Shown here: positions 51,526-64,000 of the stretch, in pieces | Numbering within the stretch: position 1 is the first letter of the stretch | Layout: every line of letters starts with the position of its first letter | Assembly: GCF_021869535.1 (NCBI RefSeq) | Contig: NW_026262679.1 | Span: forward strand, 50,034,001-50,098,000 | Direction of reading: 5' to 3' | Length of the DNA stretch: 64,000 bases | DNA from: Mytilus californianus | Taxonomy: Eukaryota | Notes under the pieces: model-generated | Databases searched by the model: none | The model's input: only the letters and a program-made list of their open reading frames with translations | Told to the model about the DNA's origin: nothing | Program-made: the position numbers and the translations under genes

Positions 51526-54500
51526 ATGATGATGAATAGCTGCATAATATGTTTTGCTCTATTGTTTACAATTTCTCTTACTCATGCCAGTGGTATACTG
51601 GGAGGCGGTGGAGGAGGTTTGTGACACTTATTTCATAACTTGATACACCACAATGATTCTCTTAGATAATGAACCCTTGTAACAACTCTTTGAAGGGTCC
51701 GTAGGTGGCCTGTTGCAAGGCAAAATGTCTGTCCCTATCCTATTTACCCTCATTTTCCAGTGGCAGTCTAAATCTCTCGACTGTACGTCCCTGACAGACT
51801 CTATTACATAACCTACCGATTGTATTTATTGTAAATTTGTTCTCGTCCCTAACATGCATGAAATATTTGCCACTGGAATTTAAGCAACCAACAATCAATC
51901 AATCACTAATCTTAAATTAGAAGTCCGAGATATTACGTTAGAAATTAAACCGCTCATTTCTTTTTCTGAAGTATTAGTAAAAAGAGATATGAGTGACATT
52001 AACTCAACAACACAAAGCTACATGTTTGATCATTATTAATATACAGGAGTCTGTACCATACATATATGTCAAGCACTAAAACACTGTTGTTAAAATAGTG
52101 TTCACATATATTATTGCACTTCATATAGAAAAATCTGTAAATTCAAAATTTATTGCGAGGTTTTTATTGAAACAAATAATGCGTCTTGGTGAGTACCACA
52201 ACAATAAGAAATCGCATTCGAATATCTGATACATATAACTATATGCAACTTTTTCGGAAATCGCAATAATTTATCTTGCATTTTTGTCCATTCTTTAAAA
52301 ATCGCAATAATAAATGCACACAATAATTTCAGTTCTATTCTTTAAAAAAAACACCATAAATTGTATGTGTCCGAAACGCTTTTCTGAATAAATCTTCATC
52401 ATGAACGTTCAAGGCGAAATATTTGAAAGCCACGTGAATAAGTAAATGACCTACAATTAAAAATCAAGTTCATCATAGGTCAACTTTGCCCGAGGGATTT
52501 GGGGCTTTACATTAATAATCTATAAATATTACAACGTACAATTTAAGAAAGGTATATTATAAATCATGTAATGGACCGAAACACTGACTGTTCAGCTGAT
52601 GATATTATATAGAAGAATAATTTAATTTTGGATGTAACGCGTCTTCTGATTGGCTGACGTTGTTTTGTTTATCAGCTCATAGACATAATTTTGTCATGTG
52701 ACCGTGACGTCATCAACGTTTTTTCTTGTTTTACTCCGGTTTAAAATGAAATTTAGAATTAAATTATAAGAAATGACTGTAATATTTTTTCTGTCTATTC
52801 GAAATAACATAAAAAATGTGGTGCACACTTTAAAATAGCCCGCTACGCGGGTTATTCAGTGTGCACCACATTTTTGATGTTATTATTTCATAGACAGAAA
52901 AAATATTACAGTCATTCCTTAACTAATACATAGATATAAGAAGATGTGGTATGAGTGCCAATGAGACAACTCTCCATCCAAGTCATAAAAAGTAAACAAT
53001 TATAGGTCAAAGTACGGCCTTTAGTACGGAGCCTTGGCTCACACCGAACAGCAAGCTATAAAGGGCCCCAAAATGACTATTGTAAAACAATTCAAACAGG
53101 AAAACCAACGGTCTAATCTACATAAAAAACGAGAAACACTTAAGAACCACACCAACAAACGACAACCACTGAAACAGGTTCCTGACTTAGGACAGGTGCA
53201 AACAAATGCAGCGGGTTTAAACGTTTTAACAGGCGCCAACTTTCACCCAAACCTGAAATAGTAGTGTAACATTACAACATAGAAAGACAAACTATAAAAT
53301 ATCAATTGAAATGGCTTAACTCAATCAAAAAGACATATTAACAAAAGCAAGTAAACATACTCTGAACGAATAAATTTGATCTATGACATAATGTAAATAC
53401 AATATTGAATAAAACAGGGGGGATGTAAAATTAAAATAATGTCAAAAAGACAACTATAACCTTGGACAAAATGGCGTTAAATAAAATAGTCCATCGCGAG
53501 CAATATCGACCCAGTTCTATAAAAAAAGGAAAATGACTCTTTTTATCCTGCAATCGACCTTTCTACTATATAAATACAAGTGTACAGATAACACGAAGCC
53601 ATCAACGTATACTAGACGTTTGAAGTTTCCTGATATCCTGGTTCTGTTGCGAGTTTACTGTTATGTTCAAATTACTGTTTACATCACAGTTTAATTTGGG
53701 GTCCTCATTGCGGTCCGCGTTTAAGTCATGTCGATTTCATTCAAACACAAATTCAACGATTGGGACTAAAAAAAACTACGTTTAAGCTCAATTTTTAATT
53801 GCAGGATAAAAACAATATTCATACAGCGTAGGAAAATATAAAATGTATTTGTACTCGTTACGAAACAGGAGAAAAGCTTTTCGAGCCTCGCTTTTCTCTC
53901 TGTTTCTAAAGCTCGTGAAATAAATTTTATATTTCCCTACACTGTACTTATATTTTATATAATTTCTAGGAACTATATCTACAACTGCACCTTATATACA
54001 TTTATAATTATTTAGTATAAAACATTTAGTCGATTTTTAAATATTTTCAAAGTATTTTACAGACTGAAATCTTATACTAGTATACTCAATAATTTATATT
54101 GCAGTCGCTAGTCTAGGCGCATCTGCAAGTGCTAACTTAGGTCTTGATCTTATCGCTGGTAGTGGAATATCTGTGATTGGAAATGGTGCCAGTCGATCAA
54201 TCAGCATCACTATCAGTGCATACATCAGATTGATGTATTATGTATCCGCTCTTGAAAAAGTTTGTTACAATTATGGTATACCAGTAACAGGAGGTTGGTT
54301 GAATGGTGGATTAATCGGTGGTCTTGGTTCTGGATTTGGTGGTGGATTTGGTGGTGGATTTGGTGGTGGATTTGGCGGACAGTTTGGAAGGTTTGGAGGC
54401 CTTGGTATGTTAGGTAGTACTGGGGGATTTGCAGGAAGTTTGGGTGGAGGAATTGCTGGTGGGTTCGGCAGTGCATTTGCTGGAAGAGCTGGTGGATTTG

Positions 54501-56590
54501 GTAGTTCTAGTCTCTCAGGTAAATATAGAAAATAATTGTGGATAGTCAAAATATGTTATTAACATATCTATGATTTACGCATCTAGAAGTTAAACTCTAA
54601 TTAAGAAAGTATGCGTACATGTATTGCAAGGATATACTGATAAGAAATCAAAAAAATTAAAAACAGGTCATAAATAAAATTTGTTGTAAAATGTCAGGAT
54701 TTGCTCTTCTACGATGAATAATAATACAATGAAGCGAAGTATATCGACGAATAATGTTTTATGTTCCCCGAATTATAGCGCACATGAATTGGTTGTGAAA
54801 GCAACCATGGATGTCCCACCAAATATAACAAAAAATATGTCTATGACATATTAGTTTTCACGAAACGTTTGTGTTATCCTGCCTTTGAAATTCTTTACGG
54901 TGCGTTTCCTTTGAAATATCCGCTATATTTCATGGCGATTAACAGGAAAGAATTACAATGGCAGGATAAAAACTGTAAATAGATAAATAAATAAATAAAT
55001 AAATAAGTACATATTTCACTCCTCCGAAACAAAACTTTTCTTATCATATTGTGACATCTAAATACTTTTATTAAGATTTACCTGATCTTCCCTGCAAAAG
55101 ATATTTATCATTTGACATTTTGGTTGATATTAATATATCTTTTACGATACGATGGAAAAAAACATAAAGTACAAGGATAAAAATCGTCTTTCTGTTCTGA
55201 TATATATAGATTCTACCACAGCATCGAGTGTGATACGATATTTATCCACTCTCGACAGTTAAATTTTCAAATTTAAAACGCGAGGCTCGCCGAGCGTTTT
55301 AAATATTTAAAATTTAACTGTCGAGAGTGGATAAATGTCGTATTACACGAGATTTGGTGGTGGAATCTGTTTCTCTAATGATTTTCAAACAATATGCAGG
55401 CAAACTTATTCCTTCTTTTTGAATGATCTGCAAAAAGATGTGTTCTTTCTATGTGACGTCATCAGGCATGGTCGCCTTTTTTCATGCCGTCACAATAGGA
55501 AATTCAGAGGAAAGCAAGAAAATTCGACGTCATAATCGGATTTTAACCAATGAAGAACTGAGATCAAACGAACCACACGTTGATTAAATTTTTTTTATAC
55601 AATGGGTGCAGAAAGGGATAAATTGACGAAGAATTAGAGAAATAAATGTATCCATTTTAAAGATTGTAACTACTGTGGATTCATTATTATTCGTTGGATA
55701 CCGATTTTCGTGGTTTTCAAGGGTACTGGTGAACCACGAATTTAAATGTTCAACGAATTACAAATTTTCTATCAGGTTGTATGCAGACTTTGGCAAAACA
55801 ACGAAATCACATATCCACGAAAGGGCAAGTTTTTCGCATTCAACGCAAATTTGTACCCACGAAAATAAATGAATCCACAGTATGATGACATCTATGATAT
55901 GGTTTTTCTCTTCATATCTGATTGTTGTTTAACGTGTTTTGTGTGGTTCTGTCCTTCTTCTTCTTGCCTTTATTGTGCTTTGACGAGTCGGTGTCTTATA
56001 AACGTATGCCAAACTCTCCTTTTCAACATTACAAAACGCATCTCTGTTAAACAAAATGTAATACTAGCATTATGGTACATGTTTAACCTTAATATAATTA
56101 CGACTAAACGAGTGTGCCTTTTACAGGTTCCCTTCAAGGAGGTTTAAGTGCTGGATTAGTTGGTAGTACAATGGGAAAAGGTAAGAATATGTTACAAGTG
56201 ATCATCAAATATTTAAACTTAACTTTTAAGTTGTAGAAAAATTACTTTTGGCATCAGTTTTATTGAACGGCTGCAATATAAACACATTAAGTGATAAAGA
56301 AAATAGATCAGATGGGAATTTTCTATTAGAAAGCTGCTATAACGGTCAACTCTTCACTTAGATAAGGTATTGATCATTTAGTCCATTGTACAAAGATTTA
56401 AAATGATTAAGTTGAATATGAACTTATCATACTATATTAAATCATTTCGAATATTTTTGGCGACATTGTAATTTTGAATAACATGTAACTCAAATTGGAT
56501 CGTAACTTGGTATTTACTTTATATCTTTATATATGTGTTGTTTTTTCTGCTTAAGACTAATCATTTCTTTTTGCAGGTGCTGTTTATTGA
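51526..56590 (+). CDS. Gene E: secreted glycine-rich protein (190 aa), shell-matrix / structural-protein-like
   Basis: Exons 51526-51616 (MMMNSCIICFALLFTISLTHASGILGGGGG), 54105-54518 (ASLGASASANLGLDL..YIRLMYYVSALEKVCYNYG..(GFGG)n..), 56127-56180 (GSLQGGLSAGLVGSTMGK) and 56577-56590 (GAVY*). All introns phase 1; 573 nt. The first donor is GTTTGT and the last exon is short, so both are less certain. Confidence 0.75.
52768..52920. repeat. Long hairpin of a palindromic non-autonomous element (element ~52618-52920)
   Basis: Arms aatgactgtaatattttttctgtctat..gtggtgcacact / agtgtgcaccac..atagacagaaaaaatattacagtcatt, apex cccgctacgcggg. Confidence 0.75.
55208..55368. repeat. Long hairpin of a second palindromic element (element ~55208-55590)
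   Basis: Arms atttatccactctcgacagttaaatttt / aaaatttaactgtcgagagtggataaat, apex cgcgaggctcgccgagcg. Confidence 0.75.
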
Positions 56591-59369
56591 ATACATATTC
56601 ACTAGACGCCTAAAGCTGTACATTGTACCCTCACATGTTTATCTTAGAGGTGATGGTTATACATCTGTATCTCATAAAATACAATACACAAAATATTTTT
56701 CTTTGAAGTCCCTTTTTTGCGTTCAGTATACTATTGAACGTTTGTTAAAAAATACTGGATTACACATGCACACACTCTATGAAAAATTATTGCAAGTAAC
56801 TTGCAATCAATTTCAGTTGTAAGATCTTTTATCAAATTTGAGGGTTTCGTGTGAACTCAAATTAAACATCCATGTACAAAGATAAAGAGGTGTGACTATT
56901 TCAGTCGGATTAACATTAAGTAAAAATGAGTGAAATTCCTTGGTGTTTCAACTGCCATTCATGCTATCGAAAAGTCTAACACAGTGGTAAACGAAAATAA
57001 CTCTTTATAAATATTTATATCCGACGGGCCTTTCTTTATATTAATTCACCAGGAACGCACAAAGCCATAAAATTGAAAGCCAGGTTTTTAGTAAGTACCG
57101 AAACTATTGAAGAGGTACAAAATGTATATGACCAAAATGAACTAAAATATGGTAAATGTTATATAGCCTAATACGCGAGACCGAAAATAATGTCGGTCGA
57201 CGGTATTGAATTTATTGGATTCAGGACAGAATGAATATTTTGTCTTAAAGTATTTAGTAATTTTGGAAATGGATGTTTGATGGCGTTGGTATCTTCTGTT
57301 TAAATTATTCAGATCTTTCTTGTATCTTTCCTATATTTGTTGCTTCTTGACGTCTTTCTGTTATTTTAGTCGTTGGTTAGCTGTCTAATTTATGGTCATC
57401 CCACACCGTCTATCATTTGTATGTTGTTTAGAATATATTGACAAAGAAACTGTAAAAATGAATCAATTTGTGAAAGGAATAGCAGAAAAGTAAAATTAAT
57501 ACTTAATAAATGGGTTGCGTCGTAGGCGCTTTTCTAAAAGCATTGTCACCAATACGTTCAATTCAAAAGATTTGAAAGCCGTTAAAAACAGTTGCAGAAC
57601 AATAATATATACAATCTAGACAATAAACAGGTAAAAAAGAAAAAAAAACATATTAAAACAAGAGTTGTTCACATTATTTTATAATAAAACTAACAATATG
57701 TGGACATTCACCCAAGTGCACCGAGGAAGTGCAGTGCATAAATATAGACGAAGGTTTAAAGAGTTAGTGCAGAGAAGTCTCAATAAGTAAGTAATAAAAA
57801 CATATTTAACTATGACGTATACTGTAAGTCACATCGAAAATAATTGATATGTATATGTAATTGAACACATGAGGTGCTTTATGACCAGAAAGGACATAAA
57901 AATAGTGCAATCTATCCACGATCAACTTTGCCTTAGGGAGTTGAATCATCAGTTTCTTGAAAAACTCTAAATGTTTATACGGAGAATCTAGCAGATGTAG
58001 GTATGTTCCGTTGCTAACTACGTTAAATTCGGTGTATTTCTGTCAAAACAATACATGTACCTCAGCCTTTCGTGGGCTGAAAAAAATCAACATACCCTTA
58101 ATTTCATACAAGAGAGCACTGGTTCCCAAAATCCTGAAAGTACAAAAAATTGGCAATTCTGATATGAGGAACAGGCGAGATACTTCCGTATTCAATTTCA
58201 TTCAATTTTTTTAATATTCATATCAAAATTCACCGAAGGTTCAATAGAGTTCTCAGATCCATAAGCTTCATTTCACATTAAAATACCCAAATATTTTACA
58301 TCTTTTGTTTAAAATATGTACTACTTTTGAAAATGTTCTTCCTGTCAGGGTCTGAATAAGTAGTTTTATACCTGAACAAACTGGGTTTATATCATGCAAT
58401 GACAAAAGAAGAAAGATCTGTCGTTAATCCACCAAGAAAACAGTTCTTCAATACTGGTATAATGTAAACGATAGATGATTTACAAATGCCACTTTCTTTG
58501 TAAAACTGCTGATGGATTTTCAGTCCCCGAGGGTACAATCAGCTATAATGGCCGGTGCCTCCGTTCTTGCATAGACACCCTTTTCTAGACTGGGTTCGAA
58601 TTAGACATTAACACAGTGTTTAATAGCCATTTATATATATTTTTGAAAACAACAAGGTGTTCACCTCTAGATGAAGTTATTTTTGTCTTCTGGTTACTGT
58701 CCAAATAACTTATACAACAATTATTTTTTCATGTTCAAGTTGGTCAATGTTTTAAGTACATAATCCGATGATTAAAGACTATTTAAGGTTACAAAATCGT
58801 CCACCAGAATTCTAAGAATTTCAATCTTTTTCCAAAGAAATTGTTAAGGAAAGAAATCGTCTATTGATTTGACTTCGAAAATACGTTCCATTTTATTTTT
58901 TTCCAACAGAAATTATATTGGCTTTGTTTCATTGATGGCATCTTTGACCTAGTTTTAGATATGTTTTTTTATTTAAGTGTAGCTATTTTTGGTCCAATTT
59001 TTGTTATTGAGATAATACTTTTTCCCAATCACTGGGACACAAATGAAATCTGACAAAATTGCCTACACTTGAATAGTAAGAATAGCTCTTGACATTTTAC
59101 GGTCCAAATGATGCCTGAACAAAGATACATACAATATTGTGCAAATCTAAAAATTAAGATAAACAAGTTGGAAATGGTGTATTCTTTCTTTGTCCTCGTG
59201 TAAAAGTGCGAGAAGTTCGAAGGTAATTTTTTTCACTGTCAAATTATACTTTATGTGAGAACAATGCCAGTTAGAAACAAGACCAATACCGGGTCTGGAT
59301 CTGCGTCACTGCATGCAATTGATTGAGGTAACATGTACTGGAGCATACCTGATCAATCCCTTTTTATTG

Positions 59370-59975
59370 GAAAGTTGACAAAAATTATCCTTGTACAAAC
59401 TATCGGCAAATGGGAAGTGGCTACAGGGCGAATGTAAAAATTTATTACTCGTTACAACTCAACATTATCAAGCTGCATACCATATAAAACACCGTTCTCT
59501 TCAATATATGGAACAATAAAAGTTTGACGAAAATTTTCCTTGTAATATGAGTGTTGCAAAATTTCAAACTATCGGCAAAAGGGGAGTGGCTACACGGCAG
59601 ATGTAAAAACTGCTTACTCACTACAGATCAACTTAATCAAGTTGCAGACCAAATGTAAAATCATTTCCTTCAATTTAAGCCAAGAAATCTTTGACGAAAA
59701 TTTTCCTTGTGCAATGAGTGTCAATAAATTTAAAACTATCGGCAAACAGGAAGTGGCTGCACAGCGGCTGTAAAAATTGCTTATTCCCTACAACTCAGCA
59801 TTATTAAGCTGTAGACAAAATATTAAATCATCATCTTTCATAGAAGCCAAGAAAACTTTGACGAAAGTTTTCTACCCAAGGTCTTTTGGACGAACGAATG
59901 GACGGACAGACGGACGGAACGGAGCGTTTACTAGACATGCTTCCGCAGTTGGTGACGTCGGTAAAAGAGTACAAG
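59370..59975. repeat. Three ~168-bp tandem units followed by a (GGAC)n microsatellite; HINE-like element
   Basis: tatcggcaaa..gaagtggct at 59401, 59571 and 59738; ggacggacagacggacgg at ~59890-59920. Confidence 0.65.
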
Positions 59976-60369
59976 AAGAATAAATGTCCATCTGACATAT
60001 GCCCCGCTTGCAAGAACACATTTTAATGTTCAATGAACCGCGCAATCTGCGTCAAAATTCTTCTATGACATATGATTTTTAAAGTTTATATAATTTACTG
60101 AAGTAGTCAAATCTTTACAAACAACCATTAAGCAAAAATGTACACTGATACGGGGCGGTCGGATGGACGAACAGACTAACGGACGGAGGAACATACCCAA
60201 AAACATAATGACCCCTAAGGTGGAACATACAAATAATAAAAGCAGGTAAATAATAGATTATCGATATATTTATTTTTCAATAAGCAAAGGAGTAAAAATA
60301 TGTAGGTTAATGCAATATTACATAAATCTTAATTAGGTCCAGTTTATAGTGTCAATTTCATGGTGTCTT

Positions 60370-63300
60370 TTACTGCTTAAATATTTTCATAAATATCCAC
60401 ATGGATGCTACAAGCATAACTGACATCGTCATAGAATCTGAAATAAAAAAAAAACATAATCATTTCAAAACTTTACTTCTTAAGATTCTTTATTTAAAAG
60501 GAAAACATTGTGCTGCATATTTGCACATTGATATTAATTTAAAGGATGCGGATTAAACATAAATTCAAATAAGTAAAGTTTAAATACAGTCCAAGTTGTT
60601 TCTTATTGTGCAACCTTAAATAGTCAAACGTTTGATTCTTACAACAGTCTCAATTACTGAAAATGTTTTATACATCCTTTGTTTTCAAATCTTTGGTTTT
60701 GAGCGTTCTTATCAAGGTATTTTTCAGCAAGAAAAACGCTTCGGACGCACCAACATTATAAGGGGATATTTTCATGTTTTATGCATATTGTAACGTAACA
60801 GATTATATAAAGACATTTTATTAGGGAATAGGTTACTTACCTGCCCCTGAACATGTTGTTACACATCCAGCATGTGTTAGATCTTCGTCACTACCATCAG
60901 AACAATCAACTGTTCCATCACATCTTTTTGCACTGGTAACACAATTCACTAAACCGGATACGCATCCATAGTTATCAGCACCACAGTTCTATAAGAGTTC
61001 AAAAACATGATACACGAGTTTTTAAATTATTTTCTTTGAACTATACTAAGGGTAATGTCTAAAGGTGCTGAAAATAATCTTCATAAAATCAGGTGAAAAA
61101 GACCACATCATTTACACCATTTAACAACATCGGGTTTAAGAAAAAAACATTTTCAGCCTGTTTAGGACTCTTGGAGGTAAATTTCTACTTCGTCAAAATT
61201 GTCTCCCTATCATACGCATCGATTTTTTTTTCAATCATGCAAGTGGAAGCCGTTGTGGTGGTGACGCGCTATCATTTAGCTCGATCTTTGAAATCGATAA
61301 AATTCAAATTGTATTATAACGATTCTTACATGAAAGTTGTATTTAAAATTAAAATATTTACTTCTACCTAATAAGGATCAATTTAATACACTTCTGATTG
61401 GTTTTCATGGCGAATTTTCGAAATTCAATATAACACTAAAAAATCTACTAAAATATTTCGTTGGAAGATTTACAAGAATTTTAAGGAATTAAAAGATTAA
61501 TAGGCGTTGATTAGGCAAAAAAGTGATTTTTTTTTAAGTTACGCAATTTCCCGATCAAAAAGTAAAGTCTGTCGGCAAGGGTTTAAGGTAGACATTTAAG
61601 GGGAAGTGAGTAAACGGCGTGCCCGACTTTGTTTAGTACATTTTCATGAATAAAATAATTAATAAATCTAATTTTACTTTGAAAATACTTTGATTTGTGC
61701 ATACGATACAACGTAAGATTCTTCAAACAGAGATAATTTTACTTCCAATTCAAAATTTAGCTTATGGTCAGTTCAACGTGAGATTTTTAGAACAGTAACC
61801 TTATCTAAGTTTCCAAGTTGATTTGGATAACAAGTTGACGTCCAGCAACTGTTAGTTTCTGCATCGTCACCAGCACAGTCCGTTCCACCACCAGATGCCG
61901 CTGGGTTGTCACATTGTCTTGAACGGGTGTATTGCCCATTTCCACATGTCACTGAACATGATCCATAAGCAGACCACGATCCCCAGTTTCCATTCACTGA
62001 AATAATGTCATTGATTCTAAACATGAACAGTAATCAATGCTATTTTATTTCTTTTCAGTTATACTTTGGTTCGTACTAAGCAATAAATTCCCTGCAACTT
62101 CTCAAAAGCGGCATCGTATGTGCCATACCACCAATTCAAATTCCTATATTACCAACAGTTTTTATAATCTCCACAGGTCTCTAAATATTGTCCTTGAAGT
62201 TTCACGTCATGAGAGCCATGCATATCTTGAGTTATTTATGTATCACCTTTTTTATTACAATTTTCACTATCTAAGATGATAATCTTATTCGGAAAATAGC
62301 AGACTTGTTAAAAAAAACTTCATACCAGAAGAACATTTTGTATAATGTACATTAAAGTTTAAATAAACTGTCATTGGAGGGCAACACATGAATTAAGCAT
62401 TTAAATACTAAGTGAAATATAAATAGAAGGAAAAAGAACAATAACATGCTTAACCCCGCAGCACTATGTAAGATGTGGTATAATTGCCAATGATACAACT
62501 CTTCATCAGAATCCAAATGACATAGAAGTTAACAAATATAAGTCACCGTATGACCTTCAACAATGAGCAAACCTCATACCGCATAGTACGCTATAAATAT
62601 CTCCGAAATGATAATGGAAAACAATTAAAACGACAAAACTAACGGCCTGATTTATGTACAAAAAATAAACAAAATACAAATATGTTTCTCGTTTCTCGTT
62701 TTTTATATAGATTAGACCATTGGTTTTCCCGTTTGAATGGTTTTACACTAGTAATTTTTGGGGCCCTTTATAGCTTGCTGTTCGGTGTGAGCCAAGGCTC
62801 CGTGTTGAAGACCGTACTTTGACCTATAATGGTTTACTTTTATAAATTTTGACTTGGATGGAGAGTTGTCTCATTGGCACTCATACCACATCTTCTTATA
62901 TCTATGATATACAGCAACAAACGACAAGCACTAAATTACAGACTCCTGACTTGGGATATGTACAAAATGTACCTGGGTTAAACATGATTGCTGGCGCCAA
63001 ATCCTCCCTTTTAGCAGGGACAGTGGTGTAAAAGTACAACATGTTCCTTGTCTCAAGCCAGGAGCCTGTAATCACATCTTGTCACTTTTTTTAGTCATGT
63101 CGGGGCCTTTTATAGCTGACTATACGGTACCGTAATATAAACTATATTCGATTACATCCACGTCATTTCGACGCTTATAAATAGTTGTCACATTAGCAAT
63201 CAAACCACATCGCCGTATTTCAATATTGTCATTAAAAAATAAGAAATGTCATTAATAAACAATACTGTAAATTCAGAAATTATTGTGTGCATTTATTATT

Positions 63301-63553
63301 GCGATTTTTGAAAAATTGACAAAAGTGCGAGATTAATTATTGCGATTTCAGGAAAAGCGTCATGCAGATGTATGTATCAGATATCAGAATGCGAGTTCTT
63401 ATTATTGCGATGATCAACCAGTCGCATTATTCGCATTAATAAAAACCTTGCAATAATTTCTGAATTTACAGTAATTTGAGGCCACTTACCAACTTGTCCT
63501 TTTGCAAGTTCCACAAAAGCGAATACTGTCACAGCCAACAATAACCGACTCAT
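60370..63553 (-). CDS. Gene D: paralog of gene C, small putative GPI-anchored TSP1 + LDLa protein (158 aa)
   Basis: Exons 63553-63490, 61996-61800, 60988-60841 and 60437-60370 (DSMTMSVMLVASMWIFMKIFKQ*). Exon lengths are identical to gene C (64/197/148/68) and the frame is open. Confidence 0.88.
63263..63473. mobile_element. Tc1/mariner-type MITE in gene D intron 1
   Basis: tactgtaaattcagaaattattg / caataatttctgaatttacagta. A decayed relative lies at ~52135-52335. Confidence 0.78.
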
Positions 63554-64000
63554 ATCTGAAAAGGTTAGAGATTAATTCCGTTATTGTATATTTTTTTATT
63601 GTAAATTTTCTGTTGCTTTCAAAAAGACGACAGGCACTTCGATATGTATTTATTTTTTTGCTACTTCATTTGGCATAATTTTGATTTGCCTTTACATCGT
63701 GTTGGTTTTTTCTTCAATGTATTGCTTTTGTTTTATATGTATATTTCCATTTTTAAAGCCTTAACGAATACGACAAGGATCTCAAAAAAGTTTAATGACA
63801 ATAAAGTTATTAGTTGATTAAAATCATTGTACAGTTTCAAATTGATTTAAAAATAAATAACATTATAAAAGATATACCTGCAAAGTGTTTCGTGTCGATT
63901 TACGCCAACTGAAAACTTGAAATGTACTGTTCACTTCGGAATTTTTAATATAATATCTTATTTTAAAGAGTGGATCTCTATCCCAATATTTAATGTTTAG

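Noticed and set aside
54225-54549. Pro-rich and His/Gln-rich minus-strand ORFs
   Set aside because: Antisense readings of the GGT/GGA repeats of gene E; no splice or signal context.

Overview
AT-rich, repeat-dense animal DNA with spliceosomal GT-AG introns. The repeat families and gene types point to a bivalve, probably Mytilus (inference; no database search run). Five multi-exon genes were reconstructed by hand with consistent splice phases. Genes A (18453-29239, +, 689 aa) and B (37841-44330, +, 693 aa) are tandem paralogs: signal peptide, IgGFc-binding-protein N-terminal domain, acidic DxDxDG motifs, 2x TSP1, LDLa and a GPI-type tail. Genes C (6872-9409, -) and D (60370-63553, -) are near-identical 158-aa mini-genes (signal peptide-TSP1-LDLa-GPI tail) whose TSP1 and LDLa exons match A/B in length and phase. 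Gene E (51526-56590, +, 190 aa) encodes a secreted glycine-rich protein. The most striking non-coding signal is the tandem array at 1-1632: three repeat units each carry a complete minimal type I hammerhead ribozyme with a palindromic stem III, as in retrozymes, next to a Penelope-like 3' fragment. Also present: Penelope-like and LINE RT relics, a Crypton-like recombinase relic split by an insertion, SINEs, MITEs, a foldback element, Helentron-like elements carrying satellite repeats, mosaic divergence between A and B, and a tandem repeat that copies a splice donor. Repeat boundaries are approximate.
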